The notes: generated by a model from the sequence alone, not told the origin. DNA of 64,000 bases from Amoebidium appalachense (GCA_963693365.1 CAVNZM010000006.1:11039355-11103354); one strand, 5' to 3'. Positions 24,031 to 45,090 are shown, numbered from the stretch's first letter. Numbers and translations are program-made.

Positions 24031-24924
24031 TGGGGGGGTTGACGAGTAGGGATATTACATGTGTGTGGTGTAAGAAAGCAGTATGTATGGAGTCGAATAC
24101 AACGGGGTGGTTGGGTGCTGCCACCTGCCCCTAATTAGAGCGTGTGACGAGAGGCCTGTAAGTTGTGTGTGTGTGTGTGCGGTGTTTGGGGAATGGGGTG
24201 GTGGTGATGGTGGTGGTGGGGGGGGGGGGGGGGGGGGGAGAGGGTGGGTGGGTGGGTGGGTGTGGGGGAAGGGGGGAGGGGGCGGGAGGGGGGGGTATGC
24301 TCCACCTGGTGGGCACAGCGGATTCAGTTGAACGTCATGTGGGTAATGTGTAGGGGTCAGAAAGGGGGAGAAGGTGGTGGGGGGTGGGGACGGAGGGGGG
24401 GGGAGGGGGGAGGGGGGCAAGAGGGTGGTCTGTGACTCAAAAGGGGTCGGTTGAGTCGGAGCACTGGGCAGCCTCAGGGTGGGAGGAGCATTCTGGAAAC
24501 TGCAGTGGATGTGGACTACATAGGGTGTGTGGAAGTGTGCAGCATGTGCTTTTATAAGGAGGTAGACCCACATACTTGAATTGGTATGTTTCTCAGTGAC
24601 CATGCACCCTCTCCATGGATACATTGGACACAATGGAGTGCTAGCGCTTTCTTGACACTCGAGCACACATTGAAAGGAGACAGGCTGCTGCAGAGTATGC
24701 AAAGGTGTAGTTGGTTTGGGGCGCATGGTTCGAACCAACTCTCACCGTTACCATAGTTGGGCATACCAATGCTCCTGTGCATTCTCTGATTAAGAATGAC
24801 CAAACTGCTTTCCCATAGCCCATCGCTAGCAATCACGTGATGGTCAAGGGTGTCTGCAATGTGTGCAAAGCAGATAAGAGCTTGGGCCACCACATATACA
24901 AGGGGAGGATGGCCGAGGGGCGGG

Positions 24925-24960
<36 letters not shown>

Positions 24961-26122
24961 GGGGGGGGGAGGGGGGGAGGGGGGGGATGTAAAGAGGGAT
25001 GACAGGAGTAGGGTGGTGTGGGAGAAGGAGAATATGCTCGGGGTGCGGCCTGGGGATGGCGGCGGCAGGAGGGAGGGGGAGGGGGGGGGAGAGGGGGTAA
25101 GGAGGGTAAGAGGGGGGAGGGGGAGGGGGGTAGGGGGGGGGGGGGGGGGGGGGGGGACGGGGAATGGAGGAAGGGGAGGTACCTCAGTTCCATGTATACT
25201 ACGTTTAGGGGCTGAAGTGCAGCCGCTGTATGTATCATCATCCATTTCCTTACTGATGATAAGTGAAGTAAACCGTGGTCACGAATGAATCCGTGTATTC
25301 TTTTAGAAATATGGTTACACAAGTTGCTGGGTTCCTAAAGTTTAGATTTCTGGAAGGCTTACCGAATATGATACTACGCTCGTGTCATTTTCAAAAATAG
25401 AAACTGCCCACACCGAACAAGCAGATTATTCAGGCTGACCAGTGCATAAGAATATTATTGTCAGATGATCGGTATGATGGTTAAACAACACTGATATGTA
25501 CATGTAGGCTCTTTGGTAAGATTCTGCGTATATCTCTGTACGTGTGCGTCGTCATAACGCTAAAATCACTAACGCACAAAGTTACAACTGTTGCCGCACT
25601 GATTTACTGTGCATGTAAGGTTGAGAATAATCCGGGCCGGCCCCGGAGTGTGAAAAAAGACTTGAGACCGTCTGCCTCATACCGTACAAAGGAATCATAA
25701 TACTCATTAATCACGTGTGTTGTGGAAGCAAGCGAAGTTCAACAAAGTCTACGTGTAGTGCCCTCCTCCCCCCCCCTCCCTCCCCCCCTCCTCCTCCTCT
25801 CCTCCCCTCCCCCCCCCCCTCCTCAAAATAAATACAATAAAATAGAATAAAATAAAAATAAAAAAGATCAAATAAAAGTAAAAATAAAAATAAACGTGAT
25901 GTTTACACAAGCCTTCGCACACATACGTATACACACACATCCACAGACGCACACACACACCGGACCACCCGGCACGATCATGCAAGGGTTGCGTAAGGGT
26001 GGATCAGAGGCCACCTCAGCACCACTGTACATTGCACAAGGCCAGTGCATGTGCGTGCGTGAGTGGGTGTGTGTGTGCATGCGTGCACGCCGCGTCCGCG
26101 TGTGCACGTGCATATGTAGGGG

Positions 26123-26162
<40 letters not shown>

Positions 26163-26484
26163 TGTGTGTGTGTGTGCCTGCGTGCGTGCTGGCGGGTGGA
26201 CGGGCCTCCAGGTGTTGGTTAAGATTTCGGTGGGCGCGCACAGTGCGCACATGCGGGTGGGTGTGCGGCTGCGAGTCCAGATAAGGGGATAATGATTCAA
26301 TAAAGGAAATGGAGAGGGAAAGCCTTGTGATCGATACATGCACGTTGCGTGCACCATCATGATGACATAACCGTTAGCCACAAAACACACAGTGACCACA
26401 GCCCGCGCAGGTGGTGGGGTGTGTGTTTGTGTATGCATGTACATGTGTGCCACCGGGGGGTGGCCCCCGGGAGGGGAGGGAGGA

Positions 26485-26516
<32 letters not shown>

Positions 26517-27211
26517 ATGGGGACGGGGGAGATGGGGGATGTTCCAGTGGCACAGTTCTGAATACGAGCTGCATGTGCTATGTGACCATGGCTCATGGCA
26601 GAGAGGTGATATAATAGCAGTTCCCCATCACACACAGGCATGTTACACACTGTAGCACACGTACAACAATCACACCTACAGGCCCCTGTTTGGCCCACAA
26701 AAAAAACACATTGCCCCCCCAGCACTTCGAGGGCTCGGCACTCCACCGTGTTTGCACTATCGATATCACCGCCTAGCCTAGTAGTGTGTTTTTTTTTTTT
26801 TTATTTGGTCCTTCGTCACGTGATGTATGCCCAAACACCCCCAGGGAGCCCATCCAGGCTGCATAGAAAATGCATCATGCATATGGTGCCCCTTATGCAC
26901 AACTGACTGCCTGCCTTCGTCCCAAAATAGCACGGCGGCATGGCTCACCATTGCACAGTAACCAATTATACCCTCGTTTTTCGCTTGGTTGCTTTGCGTT
27001 GTGCAGAGTTAGTGCATGCACACACGTACGGGCCTTCTGTTTCCCTTTAATTGCCTGCCGAATACCGTCAGGTAAAAGTGCGCGTATATTCAAAAATGTT
27101 CCGAATGCGACAGAGTGTACAGAGGCGTAGATAAAACTTTGAATTCGGTTGGAACAGTGTTGAACGTATGCCCATGATCAGGTAGTGTGCTGCAATGAAT
27201 GGGAGCTGTGT

Positions 27212-27321
<110 letters not shown>

Positions 27322-27369
27322 TGTGTGTGTGTGCGCGTGTGTAGGAGAGGACCGGGAGGACGGGAGGTG

Positions 27370-27407
<38 letters not shown>

Positions 27408-27686
27408 TGTGTGTCCGTGTGTGTGAATGCATGTGTGAGGGTGCATGTGTTCGTGCGGATGTTGCACACACCATGGTACCAGTGCATTCGAATAGAATAG
27501 AATGGAAATTGGTGCGTACACCATCATAGTGTTGAGGCATATCCCAACATTACCCGCCCATCTGTAGTATGATACACCAATTGGTTACCGCACACATCTG
27601 GCCAGGGAGATCAAAGAAGAACACCATGCTCCAGGTACATCTATGGGTGGTGGTATACTATTGGGCCTTTCCCAGCAGCCTAGCTG

Positions 27687-35686
<8,000 letters not shown>

Positions 35687-35878
35687 GGTGGGGGGTTCAG
35701 GTCATTGTGCGTGCACACACACACTCCTATGCGTGCTTGTAGCTCACACCTGACAGGGATTACCATATCGACATACAGTACCCGTGCACGGTGCACTCTA
35801 GAGCCACCAGTGTCCAGGAATCGCCAGATTTCTGGTATTTATACCGTCAGAGTGCATATGAAAGTTGCGTCATCGCCG

Positions 35879-35886
35879 TGACGTCA
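35879..35886. promoter_or_regulatory. CRE/ATF palindrome upstream of EI24
   Basis: Perfect TGACGTCA about 190 bp upstream of the EI24 ATG, with a second CGTCA half-site at 35868-35872. Confidence 0.45.
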
Positions 35887-36913
35887 TCCCTGCCTGCTGC
35901 TGTACGCACAGACAAGGTACAACGGAATGCCAGGAAATTTTTGCCATATCCACCTAATAACCATGAAAGTATGTTCGGCTGGGTTACAACCGAAAATGTT
36001 GTCTAAGCAGGAAATGTACTGTTTCGGAATGCTTGCATATTGTTGCTCTTTGAGTTGTGACAAAAATGAATTAGGATAAAAACATTTTGTCCCAGGAATG
36101 TTAATAATCGTTCGCGTTTTTTATTTCAGATGAAGACTTATTTTGGCACCTTGTAAAATGAAGACTCATTTTGGGCGCCTTGTAAAACCCCTAGATCTTG
36201 GTTTACGGAGACGGACAGTTATTAAATATTTATTGTGCTTTCCTGTGTTTTGATTCGATTTCATTAGCCCTTCAAGAGCTAGCCTAGGTGATGATTTGCA
36301 AACGTTTTAATAAAAAATGAGGACGCTAAATGGCCAATCACAGCAGGAATCGGTTTTAAAGTTCTTGCCGATTTTGCTCATTAAATGAGCATTCCATTGT
36401 TGGTTGTAAACTTTATGAAAACTTATACCGAAATAATGAATGTTGCACCCATTTTTTAGTGATTACCTCGCGGAACCGTCGGATGATCGCATATTCCGTT
36501 CCACAATTTAGCGCCCCGACAAGTACCCTTCGCGTACGTGCGTCGCGGGTACCTTTTAGGACAGTCGTTTTGGGAGTTTTCTACTAATAACACCCATACT
36601 TTTTGATTAATTCGGTTTTTGATACATGTATATAGAAACTACTTTTAGTTTTGATTTATTTATGTGTACTTATTATGGGTTTTGTGGGCATTGAAATACA
36701 GGCCCTAGCTGGTCAAATTCCGGAATTTGGGTCGGAGGGGTCTTGGGTAATGAGGCTCTTTCTGGCAGTTTGCATGTCGGAAGCCTTCAGATTGCGTCGC
36801 AGCCTGTGTGCCTGTGTTTAAACGAGAACGCTCAGTCGCCAGAGATTGCTGAGGAGGCTGGAAATGTCTACATGTACGTGTTTTAGGGAGGACGGAAGCT
36901 GGAGGAGCGGCCC

Positions 36914-36945
<32 letters not shown>

Positions 36946-37060
36946 AGGGAAGAGGAGAAAGTTTTTTTCTTTTGACTCGGTTTTATTGATCCGTTGACGA
37001 AGGCAACGTGCAGCCACAGGCTACATAACCACCAATAGAACTGAAAAAGCCAAAGCTACG

Positions 37061-37211
37061 AAATAAAAATAAAGCGACAAGTGACAAAGGACACCAGGCT
37101 GCGGGCAAAACCTTAAGTCACTGTGTACGTGTATGCGTGAAACTAGTTTGCTCCAAAAATAAAAATAAAGCGACAAGTGACAAAGGACACCAGGCTGCGG
37201 GCAAAACCTTA
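37061..37211. repeat. Exact 55-bp direct repeat
   Basis: aaataaaaataaagcgacaagtgacaaaggacaccaggctgcgggcaaaacctta at 37061-37115 and 37157-37211. Confidence 0.9.
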
Positions 37212-37345
37212 GGGCCTGTTTGGCAGCACCCCCAATAATCGTATTCGTATTTAGGCCCTAAATACGATCAACCGTATTTACAAAATTTATCGTGGTATGC
37301 GTATTTAGGGCCTAAATACGGTTGGTGCCTTCGAATTCCAAACGC
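37212..37345. mobile_element. PIF/Harbinger (Tourist)-like MITE remnant
   Basis: Begins TTA|GGGCCTGTTTGG, a PIF/Tourist-type terminus with a TTA target. Internal 21-bp hairpins at 37246-37266 and 37300-37320 are reverse complements of each other. The right end is degenerate (ggtgc...ccaaac). Confidence 0.5.
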
Positions 37346-37615
37346 TGTCAGGCGTGACTGAAATGCACATTGTTGTTTTCTGTTTAATTATTTTTATGCT
37401 AGAAAGCAGCAGGCTCGATCATTCGTGTGCATATATCTGATGGCATGTGTGCATTGTTGACCGTACGTGTGTACTTTTATGAGGCTCTTTGTGGCAGATT
37501 GCATGTTTTAGCAGATCGCAGGTGTGTGTTGAACGATAACGGTCAATCGGCAGAGATTGCAGGAGCAGGAGTTGTCTATGTGTTTTTAGGGAGAGTGGAA
37601 GCTGGGGAGGGGGGC

Positions 37616-37648
<33 letters not shown>

Positions 37649-37842
37649 GGGAAGAGAGAAGAAAGTTGTCACACATGTGTGTGGTACTCCTTATACATGT
37701 GTGCGGATGTGGCAAGCAATGCAGCGCGGAACTAAACTTTGCAATTCACTGGTGGGTGTTGAACAATAACACTTATTCGACAGACTCGGATTACGAGAGC
37801 ATGCTGAGATGTGTCAAGATGTGTATGTAGAGATGGTGGAAG

Positions 37843-37874
<32 letters not shown>

Positions 37875-37954
37875 GGGAGGGGGGGGGGGTGGGATGGGGG
37901 ATGTAAAGGGAAGCTTGGGAGGAGAAAGTTGTGTGTGTGCGTGTGCGCGCGCGC

Positions 37955-37985
<31 letters not shown>

Positions 37986-38031
37986 TGTGCGTGTGTGTAT
38001 GTGTGTGTGTGTGTATTGGTTGAAATTGGTT

Positions 38032-38390
38032 GATGTTGGTGTCTTGGTGGGTATGTTGCTATATATATAGAGAAAGCGACGGTATTTACGTGCTTCTTGT
38101 TCTTGGGGTTTTTTCCTCTTTTTTTTTCCCCGCTGCTTGTCTTGCCACACCCGCACACGTGTGCAAGGAGTACCACAGAGGAAGATCCCGTGTGCACGTG
38201 TGTGGTACTCCTTGCACATGTGCAGGGGTGGACGACCCCGTGTGCACGTGTGTGGTACTCCTTGCATATGCATGTGTGCGGGTGTGGCAAGACATGCAAC
38301 GGGGAAAAAAGAAAAAAAAACTCCAAGAACAATAAAGCACGTAAATACTGTCTCTTCCTTTAACATCATACCCAACGAGACACTAACATC
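38032..38390. mobile_element. Foldback/MITE-like element with about 150-bp inverted arms
   Basis: Left arm gatgttggtgtc...gtatttacgtgctt.ttgttcttgg...gtcttgccacacccgcacac...tgcaaggagtaccaca is mirrored by right arm tgtggtactccttgca...gtgtgcgggtgtggcaagac...ccaagaacaa.aagcacgtaaatac...gacactaacatc. A partial copy of the inner arm lies at about 37676-37716. Confidence 0.72.
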
Positions 38391-38514
38391 CACACTGTGA
38401 GACGCGTACGTCCGTCAACTACAACGTATGTGTGGCATACAGTTCACAAATTTTGATTGGCTGCACAATTGCAACTACCCCTACCACCTACTGAGGCGGT
38501 GTCTCCCTTTTCTT

Positions 38515-38555
<41 letters not shown>

Positions 38556-39927
38556 AAAAAGGGACGCCTCAAGTAAATGTATAACGTCGCACGTGCGGCA
38601 ACACGTCAGTACGCGTTAGCAACTACCCCTGCACCGGGTCCGCGATTCCTGGAGGCCTCATGGCCGCAGACGCTCTTGTCGCTCTTGTCTGTGTGAAGTG
38701 TCAACATACATACGTCACACGTAAACAGAGAAAACCAATCAAAAATTGGTTAAATTTTCGCCAAAAGGGTTCCTATTGGTTAAGGGGGGCAAATCATTCG
38801 TTATATAGATCTCCGACTCCAGGGTGATGGCCAGTACCAGCTTCACCAGCATTGCCGTCGCGCTAACTAAAACAAAAGTTTTATGTTTTTTCTTGAATGC
38901 TGTCTCTTTTGTCTTTATGCTAAAGCAGCTGACATGGTATAGACATCTAGGCATCAGCACAAATCAGCACAAACACTGCTAATTTATTGGCGTTGCGCGC
39001 GCATACAGATCACGTACCAACCATCCTCAAAAATTGTTCACACGCGCGCGTGACCCATCCAAAAGCAAAGATGTTAGTGCCTAATATTCCATGGATCATA
39101 GAAAACGATATACAGAGTGTTGTTATCTAATGCAGCGTGTTTACCATCAAATGCTACATGGTTAAGCCAAAATGTACCGTACACTTATCATCTACATGTA
39201 CGTTATCGCATGGGCGCCACTATGGCTATGGGCGGCGCACGCGTACAGATTCGATAAAAAGGAGCCGCGTGAGCCTCCGCAAATATATCTCAAGCACGCA
39301 TCTGTCATCATGCATATGGTTATATTTTTTATATTTTTACGCTTTACATTAGAAAAGCGCAAAAAATAACTCAAGTACTTTCGATTTATTTGGATGTGCT
39401 TCCATAGCCTTCCCCCTGGCCTTCAATTGTGTTTGTTCACAAGCCCATGCATGCGCATGCATATCGTTATCTCGAGATGATTAAATTTGTTATTAGTCTG
39501 AGATAGCACTGATATCGAGATGCATGAATATGCCGTATGCTCCTCTTTATCTGCCCTTATAAATATTAATATAATTGATGGAATATGCGACCTTTCAGTA
39601 CTGCTAGTTTTACTAACGCAAATACACACTCCATTTTTCAATGAATTCAGTTCACAGCCATATCATTTCAAGGTATGCTCGAGCTCGGGTAGGCCCGGGT
39701 ATAGCTCTAGCCTAATCAGTACGATCGGCGACACATACAGCACTGTTTGCAGAAGCTTTTACGGAGTAGGCGTGCTTATTTGGTTTATTAGTTTTACAAT
39801 ATGAATTGTATGCCTACAGGTTACTTCTATAGTAACTAGTTACTACACTTCACGATTCTTTCTATGTACGCATAGGTATCGATTCCTCAAGATTATCATA
39901 ACCTTTCTTGTCATCAGCTGCTACTGT

Positions 39928-40012
39928 TATTGGCTAAATGTCACTCCATCATATTGCACGGTGTTCCTATTGGCTAAATACCATAAAGGCGGCTCAGCGG
40001 TAGGTATATAAA
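39928..40012 (+). promoter_or_regulatory. Promoter of the PDZ gene: twin inverted CCAAT boxes and a TATA box
   Basis: TATTGGCTAAAT at 39928-39939 and 39968-39979 (40-bp spacing); TATATAAA at 40005-40012; a likely 5'UTR acceptor TTGCAG at 40200. Confidence 0.6.
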
Positions 40013-40421
40013 CCGCAATCCTGGGAAAGTGGCTCAGAGCTTCAGTCGTGGAAACTGGACAAGTGAATTCTTGGATGTAACAGAATAGTATTTTTTTTTT
40101 TTTTTTTTTGTAAATTGTTAACAGCTACCTTACGGAGTAAAGCCACTTCCTGCTTACTTCTTTATTAGGGGTTTCTCTTCTTTTTTGTGCAACCTTGCAG
40201 GTGCACCAGCTGTTCAGTACCGACCGCCTAAGCTGTGGTGACTCAATTCTTGTGGCAGTTCTCCCTGCAAGCTGTTCTCTCAACACCACCTGGACAAGCT
40301 TCCATCTGTGCCAACCTATGTATCATTCACTTCCCTGGCTACACCAATCAGTGCTTTAACACACGCCAATTCCCTATATGGCACTATCTCTCTTCTTCCA
40401 GCAGGCAGATATTGGGACACA

Positions 40422-41204
40422 ATGAGTGCAAAGGGGGCCAGCGTGCAGCTGCCTGGGCCTGTGGCCGTTGAGGCTCACGCTATGCCGTCTGTGCTGTACA
40501 GACCCACCGAGCGACACGTGGACTTTGACAAGCAGCCTGGCATGCACCTGGGCGTGACTCTTGCGTGCATACGCAAACGGTTCTACGTGGCGCACGTCAA
40601 CAGGAAGAGCAAGGCCTGGCGCCTGGGCCTGGAGGTGGGCGACAGGCTGGAGGGTGTAAACAATTTGTCGCTGAAAGACACACACAGAAACGGCACGGCA
40701 ATAACGGCACGCAGGGTGCTCGACCTGCTGTGGGCCGCCAGTCATGTTTCTTTGGTGGTCACGGACAGGTGTCTAGGTGCGGACGACGTGAGGCGCTATG
40801 TGGAGAGGAGGGCACCCGGGGTGCGGCCCAGGGCGCCTGCCGCCTGCCCTGGCAGAAGGGCCTCGTGGCCTCTTGCAGAGCCTCTGACCGTGCAGCCAGA
40901 CAGAGGGGGCGTAGAGGGGGTTAACCCGTGCCTGGCTCTTGTGCGGACACGGTCCATAGACCTCGGCAGCACGCACACACACACGGACGACGACTGCAGC
41001 TTGTGTGTGTGCTGCCGGGCAGACAGACGCACAGACACGGAGTGGCTGGGGGACCACATGTATGCAGCCCCGGATGAGGGACAGGCCAGGCGGCTGACTT
41101 CGTTTCTGTCGAACATGGCGCAGACGGTGTTTATCAGCCCGTGGAAGGAGGCAGCATTCTACTCCAATCAGACCGTCATACCGAGCATACTCACCATCTA
41201 CTGA
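40422..41204 (+). CDS. Single PDZ-domain protein (syntenin-like PDZ), 260 aa
   Basis: RHVDFDKQPGMHLGVTLACIRKRFYVAHVNRKSKAWRLGLEVGDRLEGVNN...VSLVVTDR fits the PDZ pattern (LG.. loop, S.A...GL..GD....VN). The frame is GC-rich and uninterrupted. Confidence 0.82.
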   Translation: MSAKGASVQLPGPVAVEAHAMPSVLYRPTERHVDFDKQPGMHLGVTLACIRKRFYVAHVNRKSKAWRLGLEVGDRLEGVNNLSLKDTHRNGTAITARRVLDLLWAASHVSLVVTDRCLGADDVRRYVERRAPGVRPRAPAACPGRRASWPLAEPLTVQPDRGGVEGVNPCLALVRTRSIDLGSTHTHTDDDCSLCVCCRADRRTDTEWLGDHMYAAPDEGQARRLTSFLSNMAQTVFISPWKEAAFYSNQTVIPSILTIY

Positions 41205-42139
41205 GTGGCCAACTGTGTTAAGGTGTATGTGCGTAGGTTTATTGTGCATAGCGTGTGATAGGTGCTGGGTGCTGCCATCCTGTGATTGTGTTCCACTGGC
41301 GTGCTGTAGGGGATGGGTTGTACATAGGGGGTGCAAGAGTTGTAACAGCAATCAAACGATTATAAACTATTTGTATGTAAATATTAACGGGTCTGTGGTT
41401 TGCTGCTACGGTGATTGCTTTGGGAGAAGACTGCCTAATACGGTTACAATTCTGATGGCATTGAAGTGCTGAAAACTTGCACAAGCTTCTTTTGAAAGGA
41501 GTAGTAATAAAGCTTTTATATTCTCCTCCGCTGTTTGCAAACAAAGCGAATGTCATCTTTTTCTAGGGGTTATTTTGTCGTCCACTCTCTAAAGAAAAAG
41601 CGAATCAGTTCGGAAATCCAAGTACACAAGCCCTAATCCATATAGTTATGTACCACAACGCCCTGCTCCTTCAGTGCATCCCCTCTTCACCTGTGCTTTT
41701 CTTGTGTTGCGCTGATTGAATGAGATGTGCACACAACAACACGAAATAGACTTTTTTGTTGTGTGCACATGTGGCACTCTAATTACATAAGTGGTTCAGC
41801 AGCGATTCACCTGTGCACCGTAACACTGCACTGTGTGCTGGGGAGGCACGGCCTGTCTTGGCCCACTCTTGCATTCACTCTCGTCGGTGTGGGTGTGTGT
41901 TAGCAGACAAAAGAGCAAGTCAAAAAGGTGGTGGTAGAGGGACTACTATTAGTCTAAGGGCAACCAGCCGCAGGATTCTTGAAATACCCTTCCATAGAAC
42001 TATTGAACACTGCACATGGCTACCAACCCGTGTCCGACTAGGCTAATAGAGCTAATAGTGCATATCGATTCTGCCGGTGTGTATCCCCCTCTCCTGCAAC
42101 CCCCCCTCCCCCTCCCCCCCCTCCCCCCTCCCCCCCCTC

Positions 42140-42321
42140 CGGGAGGAAGTGAGAACAACGACTGGTTGTGGTTGTTGCTTATTCAAATTGTGAAGTCAAG
42201 TTCTTTAATCATGCTAGCGCTTATCATTCGCTAGAGATCTGACGGTATCATTCAAACGGGTTTCAAGGGTTAGCGGGGAAACCGGGGGTGGGGGCGGGGC
42301 TGGGTGGGTGGGTGGGTGGGT

Positions 42322-42363
<42 letters not shown>

Positions 42364-42791
42364 CTCTTAGCTGCCCTGCGTTCGATCCGTTTGGGATTCG
42401 CGGCGGGGGGGAGGGGTTGTTTGTGTCTTTTTTTTTTTTTTCAGGGTTCTTCTTCGTATTTATGAATAGTTGTTGTTAGTTGGGGGGGGGGGGGGGGGGG
42501 GGTTTGTTCGTGGTGGTGGGGAGGGGGGAGGGGGGGGGGGGAGGGGGGAGGATGGGTTGGTAGCTGCATTCGTTGCAATTAGTGGGAGTTTTAGATTTTT
42601 TTAAGGTAAGCCTTAGGGGGTGATCCTCCCCCCCCCCCCCCCCCCCCCCCCCCCCGCTTCGGGGAGAAACCACAACAAACAATCCCCGGTCATGTTCGGG
42701 TGCACCTGCTGAGTCAAGCTAGTGTGCGCCTAGAAATTTGTGGTTATTTATAAATGTAATCGATCCGGGTTTTGAAGGCCGGTTGACGGGG

Positions 42792-42822
<31 letters not shown>

Positions 42823-42910
42823 GAGGGGGGGGGGGGGGGGGGGGGGAGGGGGGGGGGGGGGGGAGGGGGGGCTGATAGCTGCGTTGAAGTTCGGACCATT
42901 GGAGATCATG
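42140..42910. repeat. Diverged duplication with a period of about 520 bp and embedded G-runs
   Basis: Both copies read agtcaag.t...ctaga(g/a)at.tg..ggt...cgggttt...aagg...ggtt..cggggaaa-(G)n-tagctgc...gttcg..cc.tt.gg.gat, with anchors at about 42194 and 42712. Confidence 0.55.
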
Positions 42911-42930
42911 TTTTTTTTTGTGTGTATGTG

Positions 42931-42987
<57 letters not shown>

Positions 42988-43040
42988 TGCCTCCCCTTCC
43001 CCCCCTCCCCCCTCCCCTCTCCCCGGGCTCCGGAGGTCCC

Positions 43041-43075
<35 letters not shown>

Positions 43076-43080
43076 TCCCC

Positions 43081-43115
<35 letters not shown>

Positions 43116-43374
43116 CCCCTCCTCCCCCTCCCAGCTCCCCTCGGGGAGAAAAAAAAAAATTAAAAAAAAACGGTGGAGAACCATTTATTTATTATTCATG
43201 TGCGCTATGTTATCGACCTATATGTGAGACTGTAAGTACATTCAAGGTAGAAAGACTAAAAGTGCTCCTACCTAGCAAGGGCATGCTTAGCCCCGGTTAA
43301 CCGTGATACAATAATAACGCTGTCACCAGCCTAGGAAATCGTGTGTGGAAATTAACATGTTTTGTGTGAGAGAC

Positions 43375-43375
<1 letters not shown>

Positions 43376-43452
<77 letters not shown>

Positions 43453-43583
43453 TGTGTCTGTGTGTTTGTGTTTGTGCGTTTGTGCGTTTGTGTGTTTGTG
43501 TGCGCGTGTGTGTAGGCATGTGTGTGTGTGTGGGTGTGTGGATGGGTGGGTGGGTGGGCACGTGTGTGTGTGCGCGCACACGC

Positions 43584-43630
<47 letters not shown>

Positions 43631-43702
43631 CCCTCACTCTCTCCCTCTCTCTCTCTCTCCCAGTCTCTCTCTCTCTCTCTCCCTCTCTCTCTCGCTCTCT
43701 CT

Positions 43703-43775
<73 letters not shown>

Positions 43776-44223
43776 CGCGTGTGCGTCTGTGTAATGGTTT
43801 TGCCAGTCACTAACTGTTACACATTATTGTCCAGATAAGTCGTACAAGTTGGAACAAGACTCTCACCAGCACTAAGCATCCATGCAATTAAGAACAGAAA
43901 ACCATCATCAGTAGATTTTTCACCTCGGTGTCTCCGACGCATCCGGGTAAGTACGGTGCATACACATGTGTGTGGAGGAGCATTGCAGCAGGCTGCGAGT
44001 TACCAAATACTCACTTGGGGCATGTGTGCTTGAATCGATGTGGTGTTTGTTTGGTGTAGGGCAAGTATACCTGCAAACACATTGAGAGCGGCATCTGGCA
44101 TAGCATCCACGTGTGTTCATACAAAGATTAAAAAATAACAGGAACTCATGCAAGAACTTCAACGGTTGGGAAACCGGGCTTAGAGGTATAATATGGCAAT
44201 ATTTACTTCCTATCGTCCGGTGA

Positions 44224-44285
<62 letters not shown>

Positions 44286-44453
44286 CGCTCCTGTTGGTGG
44301 TGTCCGGCTTTCTTTCTTTCTTTATTTCTTTCTTTCTTTCATTTTTCCCTTTTCCTTTGCTTTCCTTTTCTTTTCTTCTTTTTTTCTTTAATTCTTTCTT
44401 TCTTTCTTTCTTTTTTTCTTTTTTTTGGACGGGGGGAGGTTCTGTGTGTTCTT

Positions 44454-44485
<32 letters not shown>

Positions 44486-44599
44486 TTTCTTTTTTCTTTG
44501 TGGGGGGGAGGGGGGCGAGGGGAGGGGACGGGGGGCGGGAAAGTGGGGAGAAGAGACAAGAAAGGGGGAAGAGGGAGAGAGAGAGAAGGGGGGGGGGGG

Positions 44600-44671
<72 letters not shown>

Positions 44672-44718
44672 GAGGGGGAGGGGGGAGATTGTGTGTGTTC
44701 TTTTTCTTTCCCTCTTCC

Positions 44719-44749
<31 letters not shown>

Positions 44750-44916
44750 GAGGGAAGAGATAAGAAAGAAACGGGGGGGGGGGAGAGAGGGGGGGGGGGG
44801 GGGAGGGAGGGGGAGAGAGAGAAAGAGAGAGAAAGGAGAGAGAGAGAGCATCCAAATTCGTGATATGTGTTTTCATTTTTTCTACTTTTTATTTTATTTT
44901 TTTTCTTGGGGGGGAA

Positions 44917-44950
<34 letters not shown>

Positions 44951-45035
44951 GAACGCGGCGACGAGGAGGGAGGGAGGGAGAGAGGGAGGGAGGGAGGGGG
45001 GGTGGTGGTGGTGGTGGGGGGGGGGGGGGGGGGGG

Positions 45036-45075
<40 letters not shown>

Positions 45076-45090
45076 ATCCAAATTCGTGAT
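43376..45090. repeat. Compound low-complexity block: (GT)n, (CT)n, (TTTC)n, (GA)n and G-runs with internal duplications
   Basis: gagagagcatccaaattcgtgat occurs at about 44842 and 45068; tgtgtgttctttttctttc occurs at about 44443 and 44692. Confidence 0.85.

Larger units (their letters stand above)
36750..37930. repeat. Three diverged copies of an about 200-bp unit with an internal G-run
   Basis: 36750-36963, 37479-37667 and about 37753-37930 share a ...ggaagc-(G)n-taaagggaag...agaaagtt end; copies 1 and 2 also share atgaggctcttt.tggcag.ttgcatgt and cagagattgc. Confidence 0.7.

Noticed and set aside
24704-24748. tRNA-like A box (GGTGTAGTTGGT) and B box (GGTTCGAACC)
   Set aside because: The boxes are only about 11 nt apart, with no anticodon arm or acceptor stem.
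36522-36560. GC-rich hairpin (gtaccc...gggtac) resembling a Helitron 3' end
   Set aside because: The stem is imperfect, no CTRR terminus lies at the expected distance, and no 5' end is identifiable.
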